Below, piece after piece: positions 55,627 through 64,000 of a stretch of 64,000 bases of DNA. Location: the IMG/VR virus record IMGVR_UViG_3300033978_000437. One strand, written 5' to 3'. Under the pieces are notes generated by a model. That model was given only the letters and a program-made list of their open reading frames with translations. It searched no databases and was not told where the DNA came from. The position numbers were made by a program, and so were the translations under genes. The stretch's first letter is position 1. The number at the start of each line of letters is the position of its first letter. Source of the DNA: a virus.

Positions 55627-58600
55627 TTACCTTCCTTGAGTCGCCCAACTTGGTAGATCGGAAGAAAACCTAGAAGTAGCATAGGTGTTAGAAGGAGCCT
55701 TAGGTGCAGGAGCTTGTGCCATAGCAGTTGGTTTAACTGGATTAATTATATTAACACCGCTAGGTGACCAAGTTTTCCCGCTAGCTAGGGCCACACGCTG
55801 TTCTTTTTTAATGTCAAACATCGCTTTGTTGAGTGCAGTATGTTGAGGATCTTCTCCAGGCGGTGCAACATAAGTATTAGAAATGGATGCCGGTGCTTTA
55901 GCTAGTTCGGCAGAGCGTGGTCCATTTTTAGCATAGTGCTCTCCACCTTCGTTCATGGAGCCCTCTGGCAACCCTAGTTGCTTCTCTTTCTCTCTTCGCT
56001 CTCCACTAATGTCTATAGGCTTCCAAGTATTTGCGGGCTTAGGTGTAGCAGTTCTAAAACTTCCGCTAGTTGCGCTTGCTCGTGAATTACCAGAAGCACC
56101 ACGCTGCTGGTTAAATGCACCAGTGTTCGCATCAATGTTTGTTGTCACATTAGTAGGGCCGGGTTGTGTCTGCAAATCACCACGATAGAAGTTCTTACCA
56201 TTCCTTGTTTTTTGAGTTCCTGAATCGTAGGTAGAGGCCCCAGTTAGAATATTACCCATGCCACCATACTGAGCCCCATTCAATATTGAAGAGCCAAGAT
56301 TAGCTGCTGCAGCATTTCCGGGAGTTAAATAGCCGGGGGTTTCTGGCGCAAAATTAGAAGGGGGTGAAGCTTCAGGATTAGAGTCAATCAAATTAGTTGA
56401 AGGTAAGTTTTTGGGTGTAAAAGTAGCAGTATCGGGTTGAATTTTACCTCCGCTAAAAACTCCTTGGTGCGTGCCATTACCAACACCACCTATAGCGTTT
56501 TGTAGCTGCTCCACCTTAGTCCTATCTGTAGCCATATCATTAAAGTCTTCTTTAAACATGGAGCTATTACTAAGACCATTGCGTCTAAACGCAGGATGGT
56601 CACGAAGGCTACTAATAGGTGCAGAAGGAGGCACAGTACCGCCTTTTGGAGTGAAAGCTTGACCTGATTGCGCTGGGGCAGTCCTAAGCAAAGGATATGG
56701 TAACCTGCCTTCTGCTCCGTTTAGATACTGCGAGCCAAGCCCAGTATAGGGTATTGGTGGAGTAGCTGCAGGGGGAGTAAAGTTGTAAGTAGGGTTTTCA
56801 ACTCTATCTGGGAATACATGCCCACCCCAGCTATGCGTACCATTCCCAGTTGGGTTAGGAATACCTGAGGCAGCTCTAACTCTTGCAGCCTGATCTTTCA
56901 TTCTAGCTGTATCCTGTTCATTTAAAGCTACTACTCTGTTTAAGTAAGATCCTCCAGCTTGAGTCGCTGCCTGCTTAGCTAATGCAGCTATATAATCACT
57001 CGATTGTTTACCTATGTAAGGCTTACCAATCAGAGAAGGTAAAATTCCGGATTTTGGAAGACTAGCGTAGGGAGTAGCCTCGGGAGTAAGAGCAGGTAAC
57101 ACATTTGAGTTGAGAGCTTTGCGTATCTTGTCTACCATACTTTGGGTAGCTGCTTCTGAATTTGCAGCATCTTGACTACCACCTAGATAACGCATTGCCA
57201 GCCCGCTCCCTACTACGGGTAAGGATAACATTGCACCTATCCTAGACTTAGCTGCTAATCTTCCTAGATTTGAAACTCCCCAATTTAAAATTCTTTTAGG
57301 AGCAGCAATAGCGTTGCTTAAATTACCATAAGAATTTGTTCTAAATGCTAAAGATGTTGGATCCCCAAAGGAACTAGTCATACTCTGTCCGAGCGGAGTT
57401 CTATGCGCATAATCCACAAGCTTTAACTGTTGATCTCTGCTCAGACTCTCGAGTCCTCTGCCTAGACTGCTTGCAAATTCTGGCTTAGATTTGGCTAGTT
57501 GAAGCAGCTCGTCTTGCATTGCATTACGTGTAAGCCCATACTTATCCCCAGGTAAAACTGGAGCTATTGAGTTAAGTATGCGTTCTTTAGATGCATCCGC
57601 TAGCCCAGTTAAATGCTGTTTTAAAGCATCACCGGATAGGTTGTTGCCGTTAGAAATTAGCTTATTTTTTATAAAATCTCCTCGGCTATTTAACTTATTT
57701 ATTATCTCGTCTTGAGGTGCTAGGGACTTCTGACTAAACTCATTCATTCTATCATGACGCAGCTGCAATCTAGGTCTAAACTTAGAAGCCCATGCATCTT
57801 CCCTTTCGCCCAGCAACCCTTTACCTCGTAACCTTTCAATAAGGTTCTCCACTTTAGACTTTACTTTCCCCTGCATGGTATCCATTTTGCGAGCTATAGC
57901 TGCCCTGTCTGCTACAGCTTTTGCTGTATTGACATCGTTACGCGCAGCTGCTGTTCCTAACAGCGAAATTTTGTTGTTTCGAGCTGCCTCGTGTAGCGCA
58001 AATTGTCGCTGAAACATCGGTCCCTGTATCGCATCATCTCCGAGAAGTTCTGCACCCAACTGTGCATAAGCTGCAGCTGGCCCTTTATTGAATTGTCCGT
58101 AGTGCTCTGATAGTGAAGGACTCCATTTCATATTAGGCTGAGATCCGTCAGCTATCATTGTGGTAATAGGATTCTTGTAAACCTGTTCAATCATATCGCG
58201 CCCAATAAGTTTAGTACCATCGGGCCTCGTCCATACAGGTTGTTGAATTAAGTCCGTACCATGCTCAACATATGCTTTCAATTTTTCAGCAGCATTTAAT
58301 GTTGGAGAATTCATTTTCGTATTAAATTGATCCACTCGGTTCAACAAATTAGGTTCAAACTGGTCATACCGCTGCAGAGCTGGAATGCCTTTGTTCGCCC
58401 CGTAATTCACCGCTAAAGAGCCAGCACCTGCAATACCGCCTCCGGCCGCAGTCAAGTTACCAAGTCCTGTCATTATCCCAGATTGAGAAGGAGCAGAATT
58501 GATTACAAAGATAGGTTGTTGTTGTGGTTGCTGCATCCACTGCTGCTGGGGCTGTTGTGGCTGCTGCGGAGAATAAACAGAATCCATCGCTGATTTAGCT

Positions 58601-59505
58601 AATAAAGCAATTTGTTCAAATGCATCACTGCCACACTTCCACTTACGCAGTGCTTTGTTGATGCGGCTATCGGGATCATTAGCCGTTGCACTAGAAGTGA
58701 GCTTAGCCTTCATACCACCCATGCGTGCACAGAAGCTATCTTTACGAGATCCACCTTCGGGCTGAGGTCGTTTGATGTCGTGTCCTTGTGCCTTTAAGCT
58801 GGCTCGACCTTTATCATTTAAACCGCCTTCGGGATTCTTACCTTCAGCAGTTTGCCAAGCTGCACCGCTTTGCTTCTCTGCCTCTTTCTTCTTACCTGTA
58901 GGCCGACAAGATCCGGGAGTTAAAGCTTTAGTGCCTGGTACTCGTTCGTAACCTTCCCAGCATTGCGCCTTCTTCTCAGAGATCGCCGTTACCTTGTCCC
59001 AGTTCTTAGAATCTGGATAGTCTTCGTCCCCAGGCTTGGCAGTAGTTTCGCCCCTGCGCTTCTTAGCTCTTATGTTGGCCCAAAGGCCCGGCCGTACTGC
59101 TGCTACCTTAGCTAACAACGCAGCAAATCTTGAAGGCTGGCTAGTCTGAACACTGCTTTTCTTTTCAACCTTTTCCATTTTTGAGTAGTACTTAGGCTCT
59201 TCGGTAAGATGATCCACCGCAATCTCTGTAGCTACATCCGTATCATTAGTATGTTCTTTTTCTTCTTTAATTCCGGAATTTAACTCTGCTTTATCTAAGT
59301 CCGCAGGATTCTTATTATCACCAACTCCGCCTTTCAGCTTATTGGTGATTCCTAGTGCCTTCTTCTCTGTTTGGTCTTCTACATGCTCTGGCAACTTCTT
59401 ACCTCCTGTAGCTTCGGACCATTCAGAGCAGTCCCACGAACCTGCCTGACCTTTGCCTTTGAGAAGGTAACATAACTTACGCTGAGCATCAGATTTGAAT
59501 GGCAT
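55627..59505 (-). CDS. 1292-aa polyprotein: five small N-terminal modules plus two long Cys-free domains
   Basis: Modules separated by EKKA, EKKS, AKVA, EKKA, EKQS, AKSA; later GKQS/AKQA. Confidence 0.75.
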   Translation of the reverse strand: MPFKSDAQRKLCYLLKGKGQAGSWDCSEWSEATGGKKLPEHVEDQTEKKALGITNKLKGGVGDNKNPADLDKAELNSGIKEEKEHTNDTDVATEIAVDHLTEEPKYYSKMEKVEKKSSVQTSQPSRFAALLAKVAAVRPGLWANIRAKKRRGETTAKPGDEDYPDSKNWDKVTAISEKKAQCWEGYERVPGTKALTPGSCRPTGKKKEAEKQSGAAWQTAEGKNPEGGLNDKGRASLKAQGHDIKRPQPEGGSRKDSFCARMGGMKAKLTSSATANDPDSRINKALRKWKCGSDAFEQIALLAKSAMDSVYSPQQPQQPQQQWMQQPQQQPIFVINSAPSQSGIMTGLGNLTAAGGGIAGAGSLAVNYGANKGIPALQRYDQFEPNLLNRVDQFNTKMNSPTLNAAEKLKAYVEHGTDLIQQPVWTRPDGTKLIGRDMIEQVYKNPITTMIADGSQPNMKWSPSLSEHYGQFNKGPAAAYAQLGAELLGDDAIQGPMFQRQFALHEAARNNKISLLGTAAARNDVNTAKAVADRAAIARKMDTMQGKVKSKVENLIERLRGKGLLGEREDAWASKFRPRLQLRHDRMNEFSQKSLAPQDEIINKLNSRGDFIKNKLISNGNNLSGDALKQHLTGLADASKERILNSIAPVLPGDKYGLTRNAMQDELLQLAKSKPEFASSLGRGLESLSRDQQLKLVDYAHRTPLGQSMTSSFGDPTSLAFRTNSYGNLSNAIAAPKRILNWGVSNLGRLAAKSRIGAMLSLPVVGSGLAMRYLGGSQDAANSEAATQSMVDKIRKALNSNVLPALTPEATPYASLPKSGILPSLIGKPYIGKQSSDYIAALAKQAATQAGGSYLNRVVALNEQDTARMKDQAARVRAASGIPNPTGNGTHSWGGHVFPDRVENPTYNFTPPAATPPIPYTGLGSQYLNGAEGRLPYPLLRTAPAQSGQAFTPKGGTVPPSAPISSLRDHPAFRRNGLSNSSMFKEDFNDMATDRTKVEQLQNAIGGVGNGTHQGVFSGGKIQPDTATFTPKNLPSTNLIDSNPEASPPSNFAPETPGYLTPGNAAAANLGSSILNGAQYGGMGNILTGASTYDSGTQKTRNGKNFYRGDLQTQPGPTNVTTNIDANTGAFNQQRGASGNSRASATSGSFRTATPKPANTWKPIDISGERREKEKQLGLPEGSMNEGGEHYAKNGPRSAELAKAPASISNTYVAPPGEDPQHTALNKAMFDIKKEQRVALASGKTWSPSGVNIINPVKPTAMAQAPAPKAPSNTYATSRFSSDLPSWATQGR

Positions 59506-59528
59506 AATTAAACCCTAATTTTAATGAT

Positions 59529-59843
59529 TTAACGGCGCAACAATGCACTGAGGATTTGTTTATCTAAAGATGTCTTCCCTAACCCAACCTCAGTGTTTGG
59601 AGGTGGAGAAGTACTTGCATTAGGGAGCAAAGCTGGATTAGCAAGCTTCTTAGGTTGCCGAGCAAATTCATAGCCCGCCATACCACCTAGACCAGCAGCT
59701 GCAGTAGTAAGCGGGGCACGAGATGCCGCTCTAAATAAGGGGCCTAACAATGCAGCAATGGCACGTTTTTCTCTAGTGCTGGCAATAGCTTGTTTTTCTA
59801 AGCGGTTAAGCATATTGCGTAGCTTTGCGGTTTTGTAAAACAT
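59529..59843 (-). CDS. Small single-TM protein with KxA leader
   Basis: YKTA, EKQA, EKRA then AIAALLG...AAAGLGGMAGY. Confidence 0.6.
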   Translation of the reverse strand: MFYKTAKLRNMLNRLEKQAIASTREKRAIAALLGPLFRAASRAPLTTAAAGLGGMAGYEFARQPKKLANPALLPNASTSPPPNTEVGLGKTSLDKQILSALLRR

Positions 59844-59921
59844 AATGCATTTCCCTATGCTATTTAAACTAACTTCATTGGTTTTAGTTTAAATAGCATA
59901 GGGATTAAACGCAAGGGTAGC

Positions 59922-60584
59922 TTAGTTAGCGTTATTTTTACGAAACATATCACCATTTGTACGCAATGACTTATTAACATCCTTCTCGACAAAATTCTCA
60001 GTCCGCTTATCGTTACCATGTGGGTTATGATAAACAGATAACTTTTTTGCATCAATAAACCGATGAGTCAGCCCCTGTTTCCTTAACCTAGCGTAAATGT
60101 CAGTGTCCTCAAAACTATAATTAACAAAACGCTCATCAAACCCACCAACAGCCCTAAAATCAGCAGTTCTAATGTACAATAAACCATGAAGATATTTCAT
60201 AAAACCTAATTTATTGTCAAACACCTCCATCCTGTAGTCACCAGTAAAGAAATCTTTATCACTAAGCTTATGAATATCAAAAAAATTAAAGTAAGGATTT
60301 AAGATGTAATCGACATCCATTTTTAAAACAAACTCGGTATCGACATGTGAAAAAGCAATATTCCAAGCTGCGGCCACATGGTATGTGTCTTTGTTATCAA
60401 CTCGCTTAAATTCGATCCTATTGTCTAGAAGACAAAAAGACTTTACAAAATCAGCAGATAAGTCGCTGGACGACCAATCTACCACAATGATTTTAGTAAC
60501 CTCTTTATACTTCAACCAAGACATTAGGCTGACCCGCAGCATGTCAGCCCTATTCATCACAGCAGAAACAATAGTAATACTCAT
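59922..60584 (-). CDS. Glycosyltransferase (GT2 N-terminus, GT7-like C-terminus)
   Basis: IIVVDWSS, KMDVDY (DxD), GGFDERFVNYSFEDTD. Confidence 0.8.
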   Translation of the reverse strand: MSITIVSAVMNRADMLRVSLMSWLKYKEVTKIIVVDWSSSDLSADFVKSFCLLDNRIEFKRVDNKDTYHVAAAWNIAFSHVDTEFVLKMDVDYILNPYFNFFDIHKLSDKDFFTGDYRMEVFDNKLGFMKYLHGLLYIRTADFRAVGGFDERFVNYSFEDTDIYARLRKQGLTHRFIDAKKLSVYHNPHGNDKRTENFVEKDVNKSLRTNGDMFRKNNAN

Positions 60585-60626
60585 TTTAAATACCGATGTG
60601 TTTGAAATGGGTTAATAGCTGCATTC

Positions 60627-60980
60627 CTATTTATTTTCATAAAGCTTTTTAAGCCTATACAATTCAGCTTCGGCTTTAAAGAATGCTGTTTGATACTTTT
60701 CAATTCCTTTTAAAGGAAGATCATTACCAACTTTGCTAAAAACATCGATTATCCAATCTTTACTTACATTTTTAGGTATTCCTAGCATCTTTAATTTTGC
60801 ATTTAATCGGGCAATACCCAAAGATTCCGCTGTTTCTTCGAACTCCAACATTGCAGCTGCAATCGTGTCCAAATCTTTTGCGGTAGCCTCTACAAATTCA
60901 TTTTTAGCAATGCTGCGCAACTTATCCTTGTGCTTCATTTTTTCAGCAAAAGCAGCTTTATTTGAATTATTCAGCTTCAT
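60627..60980 (-). CDS. Hypothetical basic helical protein
   Basis: 117 aa; SD AGGAG. Confidence 0.6.
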   Translation of the reverse strand: MKLNNSNKAAFAEKMKHKDKLRSIAKNEFVEATAKDLDTIAAAMLEFEETAESLGIARLNAKLKMLGIPKNVSKDWIIDVFSKVGNDLPLKGIEKYQTAFFKAEAELYRLKKLYENK

Positions 60981-61032
60981 AATATTCTCCTTTTAGGGGG
61001 AAACATAGTTTGTATAACCACAGATTATTTTA
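60978..61032 (-). repeat. 55-bp leader element, copy 1
   Basis: 50/55 identical to 61825-61879; includes SD and ATG. Confidence 0.85.
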
Positions 61033-61827
61033 TTTCTTATGCCATTTACTATTTTTAAATGTAGCAATATATCGAGTGTATCTATCCTCTGTAAAAGGAC
61101 CAACTGCAATCTTTAGCATTTGATTTGCTACTCTTTCTGCTTCTACATAAAATTCATACATGTCACCTGCATACTCATTAATAGAAGCTTTTATCCTTGC
61201 CACTTCTGCTTTTTCAATATCTAACATTGATTTAAGTACTGCGTGGTTTTTATGTTCTTTGTCTGATTTTTTGCGAGCTTTGGCTTCCATACTTTTCAAA
61301 TGCTCTAATTTTCTGCGTCTCAACTCGTAAAGAGTAGCTAGCTCAATCTTCTCTATCATTTCATCTTCTTTGGCAGCTTCAATAGAATCCTCGATATCTG
61401 CGTCTTCAGCACGAGCTATAGAATCATCTTCTTCGGCTTGCTCTTTGGCAGCTTCAATAGAATCCTCGATATCGGCTTGCTCTTTGGCAGCTTCAATAGA
61501 ATCCTCGATATCTGCGTCTTCAGCACGAGCTATAGAATCATCTTCTTCGGCTTGCTCTTTAGCTACACGCACTACGACTTCGTAAGCGCAACAAGACTTG
61601 CATATTGTTTCAATTTCTAATTTATACTCACCTATGATATGAGCAGCATCGTGCTCTATGCAATCTCTGCATACTATATCTTGGCAGTAGTAACACTGCT
61701 CCCCCTCATCTTTGTCCCGGTGATAGCTGTCAACTCGAGGAAATTTATCACTGCATACACAGCATTTATCTGCATTGTCATATCCATCCCATTTAGTTCC
61801 GCTTTGTTTCAAATCTGATGCTGACAT
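61030..61827 (-). CDS. Cys-rich Zn-finger-like protein with acidic repeats and coiled coil
   Basis: CCVC...CYYCQDIVCRDC...CKSCC; EDDSIARAEDADIEDSIEAAKE repeats. Confidence 0.6.
   Translation of the reverse strand: MSASDLKQSGTKWDGYDNADKCCVCSDKFPRVDSYHRDKDEGEQCYYCQDIVCRDCIEHDAAHIIGEYKLEIETICKSCCAYEVVVRVAKEQAEEDDSIARAEDADIEDSIEAAKEQADIEDSIEAAKEQAEEDDSIARAEDADIEDSIEAAKEDEMIEKIELATLYELRRRKLEHLKSMEAKARKKSDKEHKNHAVLKSMLDIEKAEVARIKASINEYAGDMYEFYVEAERVANQMLKIAVGPFTEDRYTRYIATFKNSKWHKK
61367..61560 (-). repeat. Perfect 80-bp coding direct repeat (61367-61446 and 61481-61560) with a partial copy between
   Basis: Identical copies offset by 114 bp (38 codons). Confidence 0.9.
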
Positions 61828-61879
61828 AATATTCTCCTCCTAAGGGGAAACATAGTTTGTATAACCGAAGATTATTTTA
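61825..61879 (-). repeat. 55-bp leader element, copy 2
   Basis: 50/55 identical to 60978-61032. Confidence 0.85.
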
Positions 61880-62027
61880 GCCCCCTTTGGGGAGTTGTCT
61901 AGCTAAATCTTTATCCATGATTAAACAAGATTGAACGTTCAATCCTAATTTGCTGCTTGGTGCTGATCTTTGCGAAACTCTGCACTTCTCTGCGAACCTT
62001 AATGAACCTCTATGAATCGAAATTTAT

Positions 62028-62753
62028 TTATTGAAAACAATTTTTGATAAGTTCTTCTGCGGCATTGGTAGCAATAAAACATTCCATTTGTTTAATTTTA
62101 TTGTGCATATGCCCCGCAAAATTCATGAAGTGATAGATCTTCCCATCTTCAAACTTGTCCCACTCTTTAGCAAACAAAACAAACTTATCTGTCATACAAT
62201 GCCAACCTTCATATTTGGTTTCATACAGAAATAGATTGTACATGGATTGCTCTAAAGGAGGAAAATATTCATTTCTAATGCTGATGTTTGCATGCATGTG
62301 CTTGGCCATCGCTAAGCCAGTCTGTTTATCTACGCTGAAAAACCCTGAGTTGGCTCCTTTATGCTCCGCCGTAGGCACAAAGGGCCAGCCAGTACTGCAC
62401 CAAGTTGTGTTAAGAAGTGCAACATCTTTACAATATTGGTTTATATAAGGGTTGAAGTCGTTGGCAAACCATAGAATATCACTGTCTAAGAACACAAAGT
62501 GGTCATAGTCTAAATCAAAGACAGTCTGGGTGTATTTCAAATCCAACACCCCAGGCCAGCTAGGATTGACCTTTGCCACAGGCAGCAGCAAAGGGTGGAC
62601 ATCAAGGGGATACAAACACTCACTCCCCTGAGCTACGACTATCTTAAAATCAATGTTGCCCAGTTTCTGCACTAAGCTTTTATGCATGAGCTTGGTGCAG
62701 GCTAAGGCAGAAGCGTCGGGAGAGGAGATAGTATAGTATAATGTTTTAAGCAC
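62028..62753 (-). CDS. GT8-like nucleotide-diphospho-sugar transferase
   Basis: FVFLDSDILW (DxD), ANSGFF, PLEQSMYN; GTG start. Confidence 0.7.
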   Translation of the reverse strand: MLKTLYYTISSPDASALACTKLMHKSLVQKLGNIDFKIVVAQGSECLYPLDVHPLLLPVAKVNPSWPGVLDLKYTQTVFDLDYDHFVFLDSDILWFANDFNPYINQYCKDVALLNTTWCSTGWPFVPTAEHKGANSGFFSVDKQTGLAMAKHMHANISIRNEYFPPLEQSMYNLFLYETKYEGWHCMTDKFVLFAKEWDKFEDGKIYHFMNFAGHMHNKIKQMECFIATNAAEELIKNCFQ

Positions 62754-62756
62754 GGT

Positions 62757-63470
62757 TCACTTTTGCCTTTCAAATATTTGCTTAAGCTCCGGAAACAGTT
62801 CAAATAACTTTGTAACTAAGTAAGTTCTATGGTCATAGTGCCCTTCAATTTGACAAATAGCTGCAGGGCATGGCAACTCTTGAAGTTTCAAGTTATGCCT
62901 TCGGTTGAACTTCTTCGTCTGTAGCATTGCAACAATGCTTAGAAAGATGTCTTCCCCATTCCATATTGGCTTACAGTCTTGCACATAAGGTGCAACTATA
63001 GGTGCCAGCTCCATCACTTTCTTTATAGTAAGGCTAGAGGTCATAGCAAAGTGGGGCAGTATCACTGGAACATGGGCAGAGAGTGCGTTCTTAGGAATGT
63101 AGGTAGTCTCTGTTATAACTCTACCCGTAACTCCATGAATTGAATGCTTGTCCTCTAGCCACTGTTCATAACAAAACTTGATAGAAGCGTTATCCACTAC
63201 GAAGTCATCGTCTTGGAAAGCAATACACTCGGTGGTAGCTCTCTCTGTGGCTAGGAACCTACAATACATCCCTACTTTTTTCTGCTCTTCAAAGTTTTTT
63301 AACTGCAGCAACCTATCGTTGTATACATAAGTATCAAAGCAAGTCTCTCTTAACGCATGCGACACTATTATCTTATCGATTAGCTCGTTCTTCAATAAGC
63401 TTGGGAGAATGTGTTCAACTAGGTTTCTTGGTCGCTTGTAGTTTAAAAGGACGAAAGTTATCTTGCTCAT
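62757..63470 (-). CDS. GT64/EXTL-like glycosyltransferase
   Basis: LLNYKRPRNL, CIAFQDDDFVV, SIHGVTGR, WNGEDIFLS. Confidence 0.6.
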   Translation of the reverse strand: MSKITFVLLNYKRPRNLVEHILPSLLKNELIDKIIVSHALRETCFDTYVYNDRLLQLKNFEEQKKVGMYCRFLATERATTECIAFQDDDFVVDNASIKFCYEQWLEDKHSIHGVTGRVITETTYIPKNALSAHVPVILPHFAMTSSLTIKKVMELAPIVAPYVQDCKPIWNGEDIFLSIVAMLQTKKFNRRHNLKLQELPCPAAICQIEGHYDHRTYLVTKLFELFPELKQIFERQK

Positions 63471-64000
63471 TTAAACTCAATATATTTAGAAGGTATCTTC
63501 CCCATAGGTGTAACAACTTGAGCATGCGGTACATCCGATGCGTAATACTTACCTTCTGTGTCCTTAAAGTCTTTCCACATGTCTTTCGGGTTTTGACCCC
63601 TAGTTAGCAATGCCTTAATTTCGTCCAATGATAATGTATGGTGCCGTTTATTTACAAATTCATTCCTACCTTTTTCGTCTAAGGCAGCATAAGTCGTGTC
63701 TGAGAATGGAATCAATTCGCTGCCTTCCATCTTTGTAGCGGGGTAGTCCCTCAATAGCTCACGTAATTTAATTACAGCCCTAGTTGTATCAAACTTCTTA
63801 ATTGGGTGCTTATCGTGGATTTTCTCAGCATCTATATCACCAAAGAAAGCAGAGGGGCCATTGTAGGAGTTTGTCCACGGAGACTTAGCTAATCTTGCAT
63901 CCCTTTCTTTAAGCCACCTGTCTGCATCTCCATCCGGTCTAGCTATATCTAACAAGTGCCTATTTTCAGGCTTTGCTAATTCGTTTCCTGATAACAGTCC
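63467..64000 (-). CDS. Partial ORF (5' end beyond window), possibly ADP-ribosyltransferase fold
   Basis: Frame is open to 64000 (GLLSGNELAKPENRHLLD...); GLLS, SAFF and terminal GKIPSKYIE resemble ART/Tpt1-fold patterns. Confidence 0.4.
   Translation of the reverse strand, partial: GLLSGNELAKPENRHLLDIARPDGDADRWLKERDARLAKSPWTNSYNGPSAFFGDIDAEKIHDKHPIKKFDTTRAVIKLRELLRDYPATKMEGSELIPFSDTTYAALDEKGRNEFVNKRHHTLSLDEIKALLTRGQNPKDMWKDFKDTEGKYYASDVPHAQVVTPMGKIPSKYIEFK

Noticed and set aside
61367-61560. CRISPR-like array
   Set aside because: Repeats are in-frame coding duplications without unique spacers
61880-62027. Small ORF between the GT8-like gene and the 55-bp element
   Set aside because: Open frames lack a credible start and SD; only a 14-codon ATG ORF
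456-62448. Plus-strand ORFs in the six-frame track other than csrA (e.g. 456-971, 14153-14476, 29170-29475, 50859-51116)
   Set aside because: Antisense shadows of long minus-strand genes or of the ncRNA candidate; no SD or family motifs
1-64000. Eukaryotic giant virus or mirusvirus origin (suggested by SET, SNF2, GT64)
   Set aside because: Shine-Dalgarno sites, sigma70 promoters, intrinsic terminators, CsrA, LuxR HTH, bacterial-type RNAP and contractile tail genes indicate a bacteriophage
1-64000. tRNA genes or stop-codon reassignment
   Set aside because: No cloverleaf with T-loop found in intergenic gaps; long ORFs tile the window under the standard code with all three stops used

Overview
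A 64-kb segment of a large contractile-tailed dsDNA bacteriophage (jumbo-type myovirus, standard genetic code, Shine-Dalgarno-led genes, host unidentified). Every well-supported gene is on the minus strand except csrA. In transcription order (right to left): glycosyltransferases and small accessory genes; a set of large low-complexity or glycine-zipper proteins with an SNF2 ATPase; accessory enzymes (PRTase, metallophosphoesterase, HNH, SprT-like, sulfotransferase-like, LuxR-type HTH, 2H-like, SET-domain, class II RNR); a two-gene multisubunit RNA polymerase; the head module (prohead protease, scaffold, decoration, major capsid); then neck, sheath, tube and spike. Main signals: (1) a recurring K-x-[A/S/G] motif ends leaders and separates modules in the capsid, scaffold, RNAP beta-prime, SNF2, SET, Zn-peptidase and polyprotein-like products, suggesting a protease-matured, head-packaged cargo system; (2) the RNAP is split as beta+beta-prime-N / beta-prime-C, contains no cysteine in 2798 residues and carries a 650-aa apparently cleavable tail; (3) a 1292-aa polyprotein of small modules; (4) two candidate structured ncRNAs, one GGA-rich and about 1 kb from csrA; (5) an 18-bp palindrome at five gene junctions. 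Functional calls come from motif recognition by eye; no database searches were run.
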